Shown: positions 35,467 through 45,030, numbered from the stretch's first letter. The stretch is 54,171 nucleotides of DNA from an uncultured archaeon (GCA_964480125.1 CAYZNV010000006.1:1-54171), one strand, 5' to 3'. Program-made: numbers and translations. Notes: a model not told the origin generated them from the letters alone.

Positions 35467-36251
35467 TGGCTGCAACGAAAAAGAACACAAAGAGCTCCAT
35501 CCCCTCGAAGCGGGTCCCCTTTACGTTGTCTGAAAAAAATACCATTCATGCCACGCTTTTTCGCTACAACCCATCCATGGATTTCATTCCACGCACGCAC
35601 ACGTATTCATTGGAAAAGAAAGAAGGAGAAAGCGTGTGGGAATTACTCCAACGCATTAAGCACCACCATGATGGCAGCCTTACATTTAGGGGGAATTGTG
35701 GCAATGGCGCGTGCGGGGGGTGTGGAATCAAAGTGAATGGAAAACCCGTCATGGGGTGCACGACGCAAGTGAGTGGAGTGATGGGAGAAAATAATTCCTT
35801 GACCATTGCTCCCTTGGATGAGCAGCGAGTAAAAAAAGATTTGGCATCGGATGAGAGTTTATTTTTTTCCCAGTTGCTCGCAGCAAAACCTTGGATCGAA
35901 TCGCGAGCGAGCGAGCATGCGCGCCGGAATAAAATGTCCCAAAAGGAAGCAGAATTACTCGGGAGGGCGCAGGAATGCAATCTCTGCCAGTTGTGCAATG
36001 CCAATGCAAAAGTGGACTTGGAAAAAGAATTAGGCCCTGCTGCATTCGTGAAAGGATATCGCTACGCCCGCGACATGCGCGATGGAGATGTTTCGCGCGT
36101 GGAAATGCTCAAAACTCACTTGCCCGTACATTATTCTTTGGAGAAAGCAAATTTATGCCCGCGCGATATTCTCCCAGGAGAAAAAATAGAGTGGATTAAG
36201 AAGCAGAAACCCATCTTGCCTCCTACCAAGAAAAAGAAAAGAGGAAAATGA
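35466..36251 (+). CDS. sdhB: Succinate dehydrogenase/fumarate reductase iron-sulfur subunit, atypical (3Fe-4S ligands absent)
   Basis: The start overlaps the sdhA stop (ATGA). 2Fe-2S motif C78-x4-C83-x2-C86-x11-C98, then C171-x2-C174-x2-C177 with Ala at the expected fourth Cys, and a single later Cys231-Pro. A Lys-rich tail is present. Confidence 0.85.
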   Translation: MAATKKNTKSSIPSKRVPFTLSEKNTIHATLFRYNPSMDFIPRTHTYSLEKKEGESVWELLQRIKHHHDGSLTFRGNCGNGACGGCGIKVNGKPVMGCTTQVSGVMGENNSLTIAPLDEQRVKKDLASDESLFFSQLLAAKPWIESRASEHARRNKMSQKEAELLGRAQECNLCQLCNANAKVDLEKELGPAAFVKGYRYARDMRDGDVSRVEMLKTHLPVHYSLEKANLCPRDILPGEKIEWIKKQKPILPPTKKKKRGK

Positions 36252-37723
36252 TTCGCATGCGCATCCGCAAAGAACAAGACGCCATCGGCGTGAAAGACGT
36301 TCCAGCTGAATCATTTGGTGGAATCTTTTCCGTGCGTGCAAAAGAAAACTTCCAAATCTCTTGGAGGCGTTTTCCTGTGGAATTTTTCACGCAACTCGCG
36401 CACATCAAGCACGCCAATGCGCTTGTGCACGTGCGCAGCGGTCGCTTGGCTGAAAAAGAAGGAAAGGCCATCATTGCAGCCGCCAAAGAAGTCGCAAAAG
36501 GAAAATTTGCCAATGAGTTTGGGCTGGATGTATTCCAAGCCGGAGCGGGAACCCCGCTGAATATGACCATGAATGAAGTCATCGCGAATCGCGCGCTGGA
36601 CATGATGGGGGAAAGAAAAGGAAAGTATGCACGGGTGCATCCCAATAATCACGTAAACATGGGGCAGTCCACGAATGATGTCATTCCTTCTACTATTCGC
36701 ATGACCTGCGTGGAATTCTCCATCGCATTAGAGCATGAGCTCATGAAAACAATCTCGGTGCTCGAAAAACAATCCAAACAATATGCGCATTTACTCAAAA
36801 CCGGTAGGACACACTTGCAAGCAGCCGTTCCCATCACATTTGGGCAAGAACTCTCCGCGCACGCGGAAGCGTTCAAGGAATCCCTTTCAAAAATAAAGTC
36901 CGCGCGTGCGGGATTGATGGAATTGCCATTGGGCGGGACAGCCATCGGAACGGGCATTACTACTGAGCCGGGCGATGATGAAAAAGTCGTGAAAGAATTA
37001 CGCAAAATCACCAAGCGTCCTTACACTGTAAGCCAGCGCAAATTCTTCCTCACTTCGCACATGAGCGCGCTTGGGAATTATTCGCATGCGCTATCTGAAT
37101 TAGCGAGTGAAGGCATTATTCTATGCAATGACCTTGTTTTGTTGGGCAGCGACCCCCTCGCAGGGATTGGGGAAATAAAATTGCCCGAAGTCGAGCCGGG
37201 GAGCAGCATTATGCCGGGAAAAATAAATCCCAGTATTGTGGAGGCATTCAAAATGGTCTGCCTGCAGGTGCAAGGGCATCATGAGACGATTCGCTTAGGA
37301 ATGGAAAGTACGCAGCTGGAATTGAATGTGATGACTCCCATTCTGGCCGCGGACTTATTCGAAAGCCAATTCATTCTCAAAAATTCCCTGCGCATGCTTC
37401 GAGAGCGATGTTTGAAGGGATTGAGGCCTACTCCCAATATGCAGCGCCACCTCGAACAAAGCCTCTCATTCGCTACGGTGCTGAACCCCTATTTGGGGTA
37501 TGAGGTGGTCGCGCACTATGTGAAAAAAGGACTCAAAAACGGCAAGGGATTAGAGCACTTACTTGTGGAAGAAAATATCCTCACGCGCGCGGAAATCATG
37601 CGCTTGCTGAATCCCAAACTCATCACGCAGCCTCAACGCGTGGACTTGCGCTTGCGAGAAAGCATCCAATCGCGCGCGGCCTATCGTGCTATTCTCCAAG
37701 AGTTGCATCACTACGCCAAATAG
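36248..37723 (+). CDS. fumC: Class II fumarate hydratase / aspartase-family lyase
   Basis: GSSIMPGKINP signature, TGRTHLQAAVPITFGQE, and QSTNDV. The start overlaps the sdhB stop (ATGA). Confidence 0.85.
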   Translation: MIRMRIRKEQDAIGVKDVPAESFGGIFSVRAKENFQISWRRFPVEFFTQLAHIKHANALVHVRSGRLAEKEGKAIIAAAKEVAKGKFANEFGLDVFQAGAGTPLNMTMNEVIANRALDMMGERKGKYARVHPNNHVNMGQSTNDVIPSTIRMTCVEFSIALEHELMKTISVLEKQSKQYAHLLKTGRTHLQAAVPITFGQELSAHAEAFKESLSKIKSARAGLMELPLGGTAIGTGITTEPGDDEKVVKELRKITKRPYTVSQRKFFLTSHMSALGNYSHALSELASEGIILCNDLVLLGSDPLAGIGEIKLPEVEPGSSIMPGKINPSIVEAFKMVCLQVQGHHETIRLGMESTQLELNVMTPILAADLFESQFILKNSLRMLRERCLKGLRPTPNMQRHLEQSLSFATVLNPYLGYEVVAHYVKKGLKNGKGLEHLLVEENILTRAEIMRLLNPKLITQPQRVDLRLRESIQSRAAYRAILQELHHYAK

Positions 37724-37760
37724 TCTCTTTTATAAAATCGGGAAGGCGCATGCGTATGCA

Positions 37761-38189
37761 ATGGCCCATCATTATTTCACACTTGCCGAGGCACAACGCA
37801 TTTTGCCCAAAGTGAAGTTGCACCTGGAAAAATTGATCTCGCTCCAGGATGAAGTCGTTGCACTTTCTGGTGTAAAGGTGCACGCGGAGCAGATGGATCT
37901 TACTGCGCATATTCTCGCGATCAACATCAACAAACGCTTCCATGAATTATCATTCAAATATTATGCGGAATTGGAAGCAGTCACCAAGCTTGGGGTGCAT
38001 GTGAAAGATGTGTCACAGGGGATTGTGGATTTCTATTCAAAGCTAGGAGAAAAAGACATCATGCTCTGCTGGCAAATCGACGAGGCTGATATTCTCCACT
38101 ATCACACGCAAGAGGATGGATTTGAGGGAAGAAAACCCATCCAGGAACTCCACCAGCACCTTGCGAAAGAAATAGAATCATTGCGCTAG
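37761..38189 (+). CDS. DUF2203-like protein
   Basis: 142 aa. The N-terminal HYFTLAEAQRILPKVKLHLEKL pattern is typical of DUF2203 as I recall it. Confidence 0.55.
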   Translation: MAHHYFTLAEAQRILPKVKLHLEKLISLQDEVVALSGVKVHAEQMDLTAHILAININKRFHELSFKYYAELEAVTKLGVHVKDVSQGIVDFYSKLGEKDIMLCWQIDEADILHYHTQEDGFEGRKPIQELHQHLAKEIESLR

Positions 38190-38219
38190 TTCTCTATTTT
38201 TTGGGGCTATTTTTAGGCC

Positions 38220-38894
38220 GTGCGGGAAGTGGTTTATAGTCTCTTTGGCGGGTTAATAGGTATGCTATCTCACCCCCAGCGCGTGAAGAAATACACCCAA
38301 CTCTACGAGCTTGGAGTCATCATCCGGGATCATGCCGTTAATGACTATAATGGATTCCTTTCCTCGATGGGTGAAGAAAAAAACCTAGTGCAATTAGTGG
38401 AGGACACCCTCACGCGAAAGAAGCAGTGTCGCATCCTGGATATTGGCTGCGGCAATGGGCAAGCCCTCATGGAATTGAAAACCCAATTCGGAAAACGCAT
38501 TCATGTAGCGGGGATTGATCTCCTTCCTTGCACTAGCAAGCTCGACGAATTCATCCAAGGAGACGCGGTCGAATGGGAATGGCCCCGCCATGAGGATTTG
38601 ATTCTCTGTTTCCGCGCCGCGCACGAAATGGGGAACGTATCCAAATTCCTCACTAAAATCCTCACCAACCTCACGCAAGGAGGAAAAGCATTCGTGTGGA
38701 TCCGCACTAAAGAAATCATCAATGGCAAATCAAAATATTTGGGAGAGATTACCATCGAAGAAGAAGCATTTCTGAAAAAACTCTCCGCCTTCACGAGTTA
38801 TGGCGGGGCTAAACTCCAGTGCAAGCCCGTAGAGGGAATGCTGAATGGAACGAAGCAGTTCGGATTCGCGCTCATTGTCGAGAAACCACTCTAA
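38220..38894 (+). CDS. Class I SAM-dependent methyltransferase
   Basis: ILDIGCGNGQAL motif I. GTG start at 38220, alternative ATG at 38262. Confidence 0.8.
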   Translation: MREVVYSLFGGLIGMLSHPQRVKKYTQLYELGVIIRDHAVNDYNGFLSSMGEEKNLVQLVEDTLTRKKQCRILDIGCGNGQALMELKTQFGKRIHVAGIDLLPCTSKLDEFIQGDAVEWEWPRHEDLILCFRAAHEMGNVSKFLTKILTNLTQGGKAFVWIRTKEIINGKSKYLGEITIEEEAFLKKLSAFTSYGGAKLQCKPVEGMLNGTKQFGFALIVEKPL

Positions 38895-38971
38895 ATTTGT
38901 GTGTGTTCGGCGCGCATATTTAATGCATTTCCTATCGTAATCACTCATTCGTTGAAGGAGTTGATTTTTCT

Positions 38972-39586
38972 ATGACTGCTGTTAAGCCCCTAACTTACAA
39001 AGCCTTGCAAGGACTATCCGAAAAGCAACTCGCGGAACACCACGATGTGTTGTACGCGGGATATGTGAAGAAGACGGATGAGATTCGAGAAAAATTGAAG
39101 ACGGCAGATCACTCCACCGCGAACGGAACCTATGCCGAATTGCGCGAACTCAAACTCGAAGAAGGATTCGCCGTGAATGGCGTGCGCTTGCACGAGGGAT
39201 ACTTCGCCGCGCTCGGCGGGCAAGGCGGAAAGCCCGCAGGAAATCTCCTCAAAATGATTGAGGAAGACTTCGGTTCCTATGAGAAATGGGAATCAGAATT
39301 CAAAGCCATGGGACTGGCCGCACGCGGATGGGTCGTGTTGGCATTCGACTGGGAAGACATGAAATTGCACAACTACCTCTGCGACGCCCACAACCATGGA
39401 GGGATTTGGGGATGCTCCACCGTGTTGATTTTGGATGTGTATGAGCACGCGTACTTCTTGGATTATGGAACCGCGAGAAAGAAATACATCGATGCATTCA
39501 TGCAGAATCTAAATTGGAAACTCGTGCAAGAAAAGATGGACAGCATGCGCGTGTATGAGACGCGAGCGCAGCATTCGAAGCAGTGA
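38972..39586 (+). CDS. sod: Fe/Mn superoxide dismutase
   Basis: HHDVLYAGYV..., and DVYEHAYFLDY (DxWEHAYY-type metal ligands). Confidence 0.92.
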   Translation: MTAVKPLTYKALQGLSEKQLAEHHDVLYAGYVKKTDEIREKLKTADHSTANGTYAELRELKLEEGFAVNGVRLHEGYFAALGGQGGKPAGNLLKMIEEDFGSYEKWESEFKAMGLAARGWVVLAFDWEDMKLHNYLCDAHNHGGIWGCSTVLILDVYEHAYFLDYGTARKKYIDAFMQNLNWKLVQEKMDSMRVYETRAQHSKQ

Positions 39587-39699
39587 TTATTTTGGGCCAA
39601 TTGGCCCTCCTTTATTCTTAGACCGGTTCTTCTTTTTTCAGGGGTTTTAACCCTCTCCTTGGCAGGCTTTTAAACGATTCCTTAGCGGATAGTAGTATT

Positions 39700-40878
39700 A
39701 TGCCTCAATTTGAGCAGTATGATGTCGCCGTCATTGGAGCCGGCCCAGCCGGGGGAAGCGCGGCCTTGCATGCGGCCAAGCTGGGCTTGAAGACCATCAT
39801 CCTGGAAGAGCACAATGTCATCGGCGAACCCGTGCATTGTGGGGAATGCCTCTCTGGGATTGCCGAAGAACGCTTTGGGCTACGCTTCCCCAAAGAAGTG
39901 GTTTCATTGCCCGTGAAAGGAGTCAATGTCCTCTTTCCCGATAAGCATAGCTGCAAACTCACCGAAAAAGGATATGTGTTGGAGAAGCACACCTTCGAGC
40001 AATGGATTTCAGGAGAAGCACAGAACAAGGGAGCCGAGCTCTCGCTTGGAACACGCGTGCAAGAACTGAAACGCGAAAATAATGAATGGAATCTCACCAC
40101 GAGCAAGGGTAATGTGCGCGCAAAGATTGTATTGGATGGAAGCGGCGCTGCTGGCGTTGCCAACCGCATGCTGAACTTGAATCCCAAATTCAAAGTAACG
40201 ACGGGAATCCAGTACGAAATGAAAGATATCCCCAACGAGGGATATTTGGACTTCTACTTGTGGCCGCGCCTGGCCCCAGAAGGATATCTGTGGATGATCC
40301 CCAAATCCAATGGACGCGCCAACGTGGGATTGGTCACGCACGAAATCACCAATGCCAAAAAATACCTGGACCAATTCGTGTTGGAAATGGGGTGGAAAGA
40401 GAATGTCGTGGTAAAAACATTCGGTGGACCCATTCCTTCATCCGGTCCTGTAAAGAATACATTCACTGACGGCATGATGCTCATCGGAGATGCGGCCGGA
40501 TTCACCTCTCCCCTATTCGAAGGCGGAACACAATTGAGTTTGGTCTCTGGGCGATTTGCTGCCGAAGTAGCCAAAGACGCTGTTACCCAGAATCGCACCG
40601 ACGCCGCGTTCTTGCAGAAATATGAGAAGCTATGGAAGAATGAATTTCCTTCCTATCAAAAAATAATCAAAGGAAAGAATGCCCTGTATGCGCTGAGCGA
40701 TGAAGAACTCAATCGCGTGGGACACTTGATGCCCAATGAACTCTCTAACCTCTCCTCATGGGATAAAGCCATGGTGGGAGTGAACGTATTATCAAAACAC
40801 TATGACCTTTACCGCAAGGGCATCGTGGATGTTTTCCTAGCCTTTGGATACTCACGCGCCGCCCATTATGGGTGGTAA
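39700..40878 (+). CDS. Geranylgeranyl reductase family FAD-dependent oxidoreductase (paralog 2, heads the carotenoid cluster)
   Basis: YDVAVIGAGPAGGSAA, CGECLSG, and LIGDAAGFTSPLFEGGTQLS. Confidence 0.88.
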   Translation: MPQFEQYDVAVIGAGPAGGSAALHAAKLGLKTIILEEHNVIGEPVHCGECLSGIAEERFGLRFPKEVVSLPVKGVNVLFPDKHSCKLTEKGYVLEKHTFEQWISGEAQNKGAELSLGTRVQELKRENNEWNLTTSKGNVRAKIVLDGSGAAGVANRMLNLNPKFKVTTGIQYEMKDIPNEGYLDFYLWPRLAPEGYLWMIPKSNGRANVGLVTHEITNAKKYLDQFVLEMGWKENVVVKTFGGPIPSSGPVKNTFTDGMMLIGDAAGFTSPLFEGGTQLSLVSGRFAAEVAKDAVTQNRTDAAFLQKYEKLWKNEFPSYQKIIKGKNALYALSDEELNRVGHLMPNELSNLSSWDKAMVGVNVLSKHYDLYRKGIVDVFLAFGYSRAAHYGW

Positions 40879-40918
40879 TCCAAAAAGGGTTTTTTTTATA
40901 GTCCAAGCGTGCATCCCT

Positions 40919-41797
40919 ATGATGTCTCACTCCTCAATAGTGGATTTCTCTGCCAGCAAAGCCTTGTGCGAAACATACGCCACTAGCTTTTCGATGGCAG
41001 CCCAATTCTTGCCCCAAGAAAAAAGAAACGCCGCCTATGCATTGTATGGCTTTTGTCGTGCCACTGATAATATCGCTGATTCCGCTGCACCCATCCCTGA
41101 AAAGAAAAAAACGCTCGCTCAGTGGAAAAAATTCCTCGACGATGAGTGGAATGGAATTCATTCCAAAGATGATTTGCTGCACGCATTCGTGCACGTATGC
41201 CAACGCCACCAAATCCCATCTCCTCTGGGCTTCGCACTCATTGAGGGATTGGAAAAAGACCTTCGCACGGTGCGAATGAACGACTTCGAAACATTGTATG
41301 ATTATTGCTATGCCGCTGGATCCATTCCCGGATTGCTGATGGCATTCGCCCTTGGTGCAGAAAAAAAATCACACTCCTATGCGATTGCATTGGGAATTGG
41401 GATGCAACTCACCAACATTTTGCGCGACATCAAAGAAGATTTGGAGCAGGATCGGATCTATTTGCCTCAAAATGAAATGAAGCAATTCGGAATCACCGAA
41501 AACGATTTGCGAAACAGAAAAATATCCCCCGCATTTACGCGACTCATGCAATTCCAAATCGCGCGAGCACGCTCTTACTATGCACAAGCAGAGGAAGGAA
41601 TCGAATTGCTTCCCCTGGATGCGCAGCCTGCCATTTATTTGTGCCTCCAATATTATCGCGAAATCCTTTCCGCCATCGAAGCAAACCACTACGATGTTTT
41701 CTCCACGCGCATTTTTGTTACGGACGCACGCAAACGCGAGATGGCTCAATTCTACCTTTCATCTTCCACAACGACCACGCTCCACGAGCAAGCTTAA
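40919..41797 (+). CDS. crtB: Phytoene (or squalene-type) synthase
   Basis: YGFCRATDNIAD (first Asp-rich motif) and NILRDIKEDLEQDRIYLP (second). The track ORF start at 40844 overlaps the upstream gene, so ATG 40919 is preferred. Confidence 0.88.
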   Translation: MMSHSSIVDFSASKALCETYATSFSMAAQFLPQEKRNAAYALYGFCRATDNIADSAAPIPEKKKTLAQWKKFLDDEWNGIHSKDDLLHAFVHVCQRHQIPSPLGFALIEGLEKDLRTVRMNDFETLYDYCYAAGSIPGLLMAFALGAEKKSHSYAIALGIGMQLTNILRDIKEDLEQDRIYLPQNEMKQFGITENDLRNRKISPAFTRLMQFQIARARSYYAQAEEGIELLPLDAQPAIYLCLQYYREILSAIEANHYDVFSTRIFVTDARKREMAQFYLSSSTTTTLHEQA

Positions 41798-41825
41798 ATG
41801 CATCTCGTGCAGGAAATTTCTTCAC

Positions 41826-43340
41826 ATGCAAATGGAAAAAATACTCATCATCGGCGGGGGATTAGGAGGTTTAGCGTTGGCATGTCGCCTCGCGAAACAA
41901 GGACATTCTGTTGAGGTGTTTGAACGCCATTCCTTTCTCGGAGGGAGAGTAGCGCAAAAGAAAGTCAAAGGATACACGATAGATGTAGGTCCCACCTTCA
42001 TGCTGATGCCTGGAGAATTCCAGGAGCTTTTTTCCTATTGCGGCCGCGCAATGGAAGATTACATTCCCATCCAGCGCTTGGATCCCTGCTATCGATTGCA
42101 TTTTTCAGATTCCACCCACGTGGATTTCCACTCCAGTTTGCCCGAGATGCTGCGTGAGCTCGAGCGCTTTTCCCCTAAGGATGTGCAAGGGTATTTGGAT
42201 TTCCTTGCATACCAGCAAGAAAAATATTCCATCGTGTATGCGAACTTCATCACGCAACCAGCGGATTCATTCGCCAAGATCGCATTGTCTCCACAACTAT
42301 TCCAGCTGCTAAACCTGGATGGATTCATTTCCATGTGGGAACATTCATCCAAATTCTTCTCGAATGAGCACTTGCGTCTAGGGTTCAGCTTCCAAAGCAT
42401 GTACCTGGGAGAGTCTCCCCTCGTTACGCCGGGAACCTATAGCATCGTGCCCTTCGTGGAAATGACGCAAGGAGTATGGTATCCCACGCGGGGAATACGA
42501 AGTATTGTGGATGGCATTGCAACGCTCGCGAAAGAATTAGGGGTGCAGATTCACTTGAAATCGCCCATTGAAGAAATTCTCATTGATGAAAAAAATAAAG
42601 CAATGGGCATTCGCCTCGAAAACGGAAAGATTATTCCGGGAGACAAAATCATCTCCAATCTGGACTTGCCCGCAACCTATGCAAAACTCATTCCTGCTTC
42701 GAAGAGAAAAAAATACACTGAAAAAAGAATCAACTCCTTCAAGTATTCTTCTTCTGCATTCATGCTCTTTTTGGGAGTCAGCAAAGACTATGCACAGCTG
42801 GAGCATCACAATGTATTCTTCTGCGAAGACTACTTGCAGAACTTCAAGCAGCTCTTCGATACCATGGAATTGCCCCGGGATCCGAGCTTGTACGTGAACG
42901 TGCCCACGCGCACCAATACAAAACTCGCTCCCAAAGGAAAACATTTACTCTACGTGCTCGTCCCCACTCCCATTCGCCCGCAGCGCGATGGAAAAGCATG
43001 GGATTGGGACGCGGAAAAAGAAAACTTCGCGGAAGAAATCATTACACTGCTTGAAAAGCGCGGTCTTACGGATTTGCGCAAGCACATCAAAATGAAAGAA
43101 ATATTCACTCCTCGGGATTGGGAAGCATTAGGGGGAATGCACTTGGGCAGTACATTCGGATTGAGTCCTACTTTCTTCCAGAGCAGCGTGTTCCGTCCCA
43201 AACAAAAAAGCGAGGAATTCAAGAACCTCTATTTCGTTGGGGCGAGCACGCATCCCGGGAGTGGAATGCCGATGGTGTTGATTTCTGCTCGGACATGCCA
43301 GCAATTGCTTCAACCTCATTCTTTGGATGCGAAGACATAG
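41826..43340 (+). CDS. crtI: Phytoene desaturase family FAD-dependent oxidoreductase
   Basis: KILIIGGGLGGLALACRLAKQGHSVEVFERHSFLGGR and C-terminal VGASTHPGSGMPMV. The real start is at MQMEK, not 41580. Confidence 0.9.
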   Translation: MQMEKILIIGGGLGGLALACRLAKQGHSVEVFERHSFLGGRVAQKKVKGYTIDVGPTFMLMPGEFQELFSYCGRAMEDYIPIQRLDPCYRLHFSDSTHVDFHSSLPEMLRELERFSPKDVQGYLDFLAYQQEKYSIVYANFITQPADSFAKIALSPQLFQLLNLDGFISMWEHSSKFFSNEHLRLGFSFQSMYLGESPLVTPGTYSIVPFVEMTQGVWYPTRGIRSIVDGIATLAKELGVQIHLKSPIEEILIDEKNKAMGIRLENGKIIPGDKIISNLDLPATYAKLIPASKRKKYTEKRINSFKYSSSAFMLFLGVSKDYAQLEHHNVFFCEDYLQNFKQLFDTMELPRDPSLYVNVPTRTNTKLAPKGKHLLYVLVPTPIRPQRDGKAWDWDAEKENFAEEIITLLEKRGLTDLRKHIKMKEIFTPRDWEALGGMHLGSTFGLSPTFFQSSVFRPKQKSEEFKNLYFVGASTHPGSGMPMVLISARTCQQLLQPHSLDAKT

Positions 43341-43615
43341 AGGATGAGACACACCCACAACAACTCAATCCCAAAAAGTAAATTCTCAATTGGGATGAAA
43401 GGGAGAAAGATTCCAATCACTTCATTGGGGTTGAACACCCATAATCCTTTTACGGTGAAATAATTATCAAACACCAATTGGAATATCACAAATACGGCAG
43501 TGGTTTTCCACAAGCGCTCATTATGCAATGTGATGATGCGCGTGCGCAGCAGAAATCGGTCGAGCAGGAGAATGAATATCATCACTGCAATTACTGCATA
43601 CGTGTATCCCAGCAT
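43316..43615 (-). CDS. Lycopene cyclase domain protein (second half of heterodimeric CrtYc/Yd-type cyclase)
   Basis: 99 aa from MLGYTYAV..., three TM helices, and a FIPIENLLFG (PxE(E/N)) motif. The start overlaps the upstream stop (TGATG). Confidence 0.78.
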   Translation of the reverse strand: MLGYTYAVIAVMIFILLLDRFLLRTRIITLHNERLWKTTAVFVIFQLVFDNYFTVKGLWVFNPNEVIGIFLPFIPIENLLFGIELLWVCLILYVFASKE

Positions 43616-43956
43616 CAGGATCCCTTTCCTTTTTGGAAGTGCATCGCATTGGGTTTTGGGGCAAAATACTCCCATAGCGTAAGACCGAACAAGGGAATGA
43701 CGATGAAGAATGCTATCTCTTCAATGGGCTGATTGCCCAGCATGAATCCCATCATCATGCTCGTGCCAAAAGACCAATGCCCTGCGTGCGTCGCGAGTGC
43801 ATCCCATGCCACAAAAAGAAACCCACTCCCTAAGATGGCGATTGCGGTTTTGCGGAGAGGCAGCTTTATTTTGAAACAGAATTGAATCGCAAGCGTTCCA
43901 ATGAGTGCAAGGAGGAGATATGCGCTATACGTCCATGAACCCAAATCCATACACAA
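43615..43956 (-). CDS. Lycopene cyclase domain protein (first half of heterodimeric CrtYc/Yd-type cyclase)
   Basis: 113 aa, three TM helices, and a NQPIEEIAFFIVIP motif. Confidence 0.8.
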   Translation of the reverse strand: MCMDLGSWTYSAYLLLALIGTLAIQFCFKIKLPLRKTAIAILGSGFLFVAWDALATHAGHWSFGTSMMMGFMLGNQPIEEIAFFIVIPLFGLTLWEYFAPKPNAMHFQKGKGS

Positions 43957-44037
43957 AGGAAGGAGAAAGAGAGTTTAATTGCATGCGGTAGTCAAAAGAG
44001 AAAAGAAGAAAAAAAAGAAAAGAATGAAAGCCCCCGC

Positions 44038-45030
44038 TTATGCGCGTGCAGGAGAAGAAGGAGCTCGCTGCACGCTGGGGGAGACCCCAACGACTTTGAA
44101 CTCATTCTTTGGAGAAGGAGTCATCAAGTGGAAACCAATCCACGCGACGGCCTTCAGCGCCGTGTGCAAGGGCAATGCCATGAGCGTTGCTGCCTTATAG
44201 GTGGAAGGCAACTGCTTGAACTGCGAGCGCAGCTCCTTATCGCGCGCGACCGCATGCATATGCTTGTGCGTTCCAATGGGGTATGCTTCCTTCACATCTT
44301 TGGGGTGGAAGTGCTGTTCTAATTGATACAATCCCATCATGCGCTGCACGCGTCTTTCTGCCCAACCCATAAAGGATTTGGGGGTCTGCACAATCGTAAA
44401 TGCGTGGGGGTGCGTCTCCACATTATCCATGCCCAAATACATCTCCATCCACAAATCGTGATTGATGATCTCTTCAGGGATGCGCATTCCCTTTGCATCC
44501 TTTCCGCGTACGGCCATCAGCGCAGTGGGGTAGTCTTGCGTCCCGATGCTGGAGAGCGATAACTCGCTCATGCCAAACAAGAGGTGATCCAACAACGAAT
44601 TGGTCATGGGAGGCAACGCCAATGTATTGGCAGAAACTGCTTTGAGTTTCTTGTTGGAATTCAACATGTATGTTAAATCCGAAATCGTCTCTTTCTGCAC
44701 TTCCGCATCCGCATCCAAGAACAACACGACGTCATTCGCGCCCAATGTGCGATCGCGCTCGACTTTGTCCATCATGGTGTTGATTGCGCGCGTGGTGCCG
44801 GGAATCCATTCCGTGACAATATCCAAATTCTTGTGCTTCTGCTTCAATGACTCAAGCACTTCAAGCGTATTATCCGTGCACGCGTTGGCGCACACCATGA
44901 CGTGGAGGTTATTTCCCTTGTCGAGGTCGGAATCATACACGGCATCGAGGGCTGACGGCAAGGTTTCAGCGCGATTATGCGCCGGCAGCAGCACAATCAC
45001 ATCGTTTTGGGAGGAAGCATTGGGTTTCAT
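44038..45030 (-). CDS. Family 2 glycosyltransferase (candidate carotenoid or lipid glycosyltransferase by context)
   Basis: VIVLLPAHNRAETL and FLDADAEV (DxD). It sits upstream of, and co-oriented with, the cyclase genes. Confidence 0.8.
   Translation of the reverse strand: MKPNASSQNDVIVLLPAHNRAETLPSALDAVYDSDLDKGNNLHVMVCANACTDNTLEVLESLKQKHKNLDIVTEWIPGTTRAINTMMDKVERDRTLGANDVVLFLDADAEVQKETISDLTYMLNSNKKLKAVSANTLALPPMTNSLLDHLLFGMSELSLSSIGTQDYPTALMAVRGKDAKGMRIPEEIINHDLWMEMYLGMDNVETHPHAFTIVQTPKSFMGWAERRVQRMMGLYQLEQHFHPKDVKEAYPIGTHKHMHAVARDKELRSQFKQLPSTYKAATLMALPLHTALKAVAWIGFHLMTPSPKNEFKVVGVSPSVQRAPSSPARA

Noticed and set aside
41580-41825. 82-aa upstream extension of crtI, and the 25-aa extension of crtB (40844-40918)
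   Set aside because: Both extensions overlap the preceding genes in another frame. They place the Rossmann GxGxxG or the first conserved helix far from the N-terminus. Internal ATGs give family-typical lengths.
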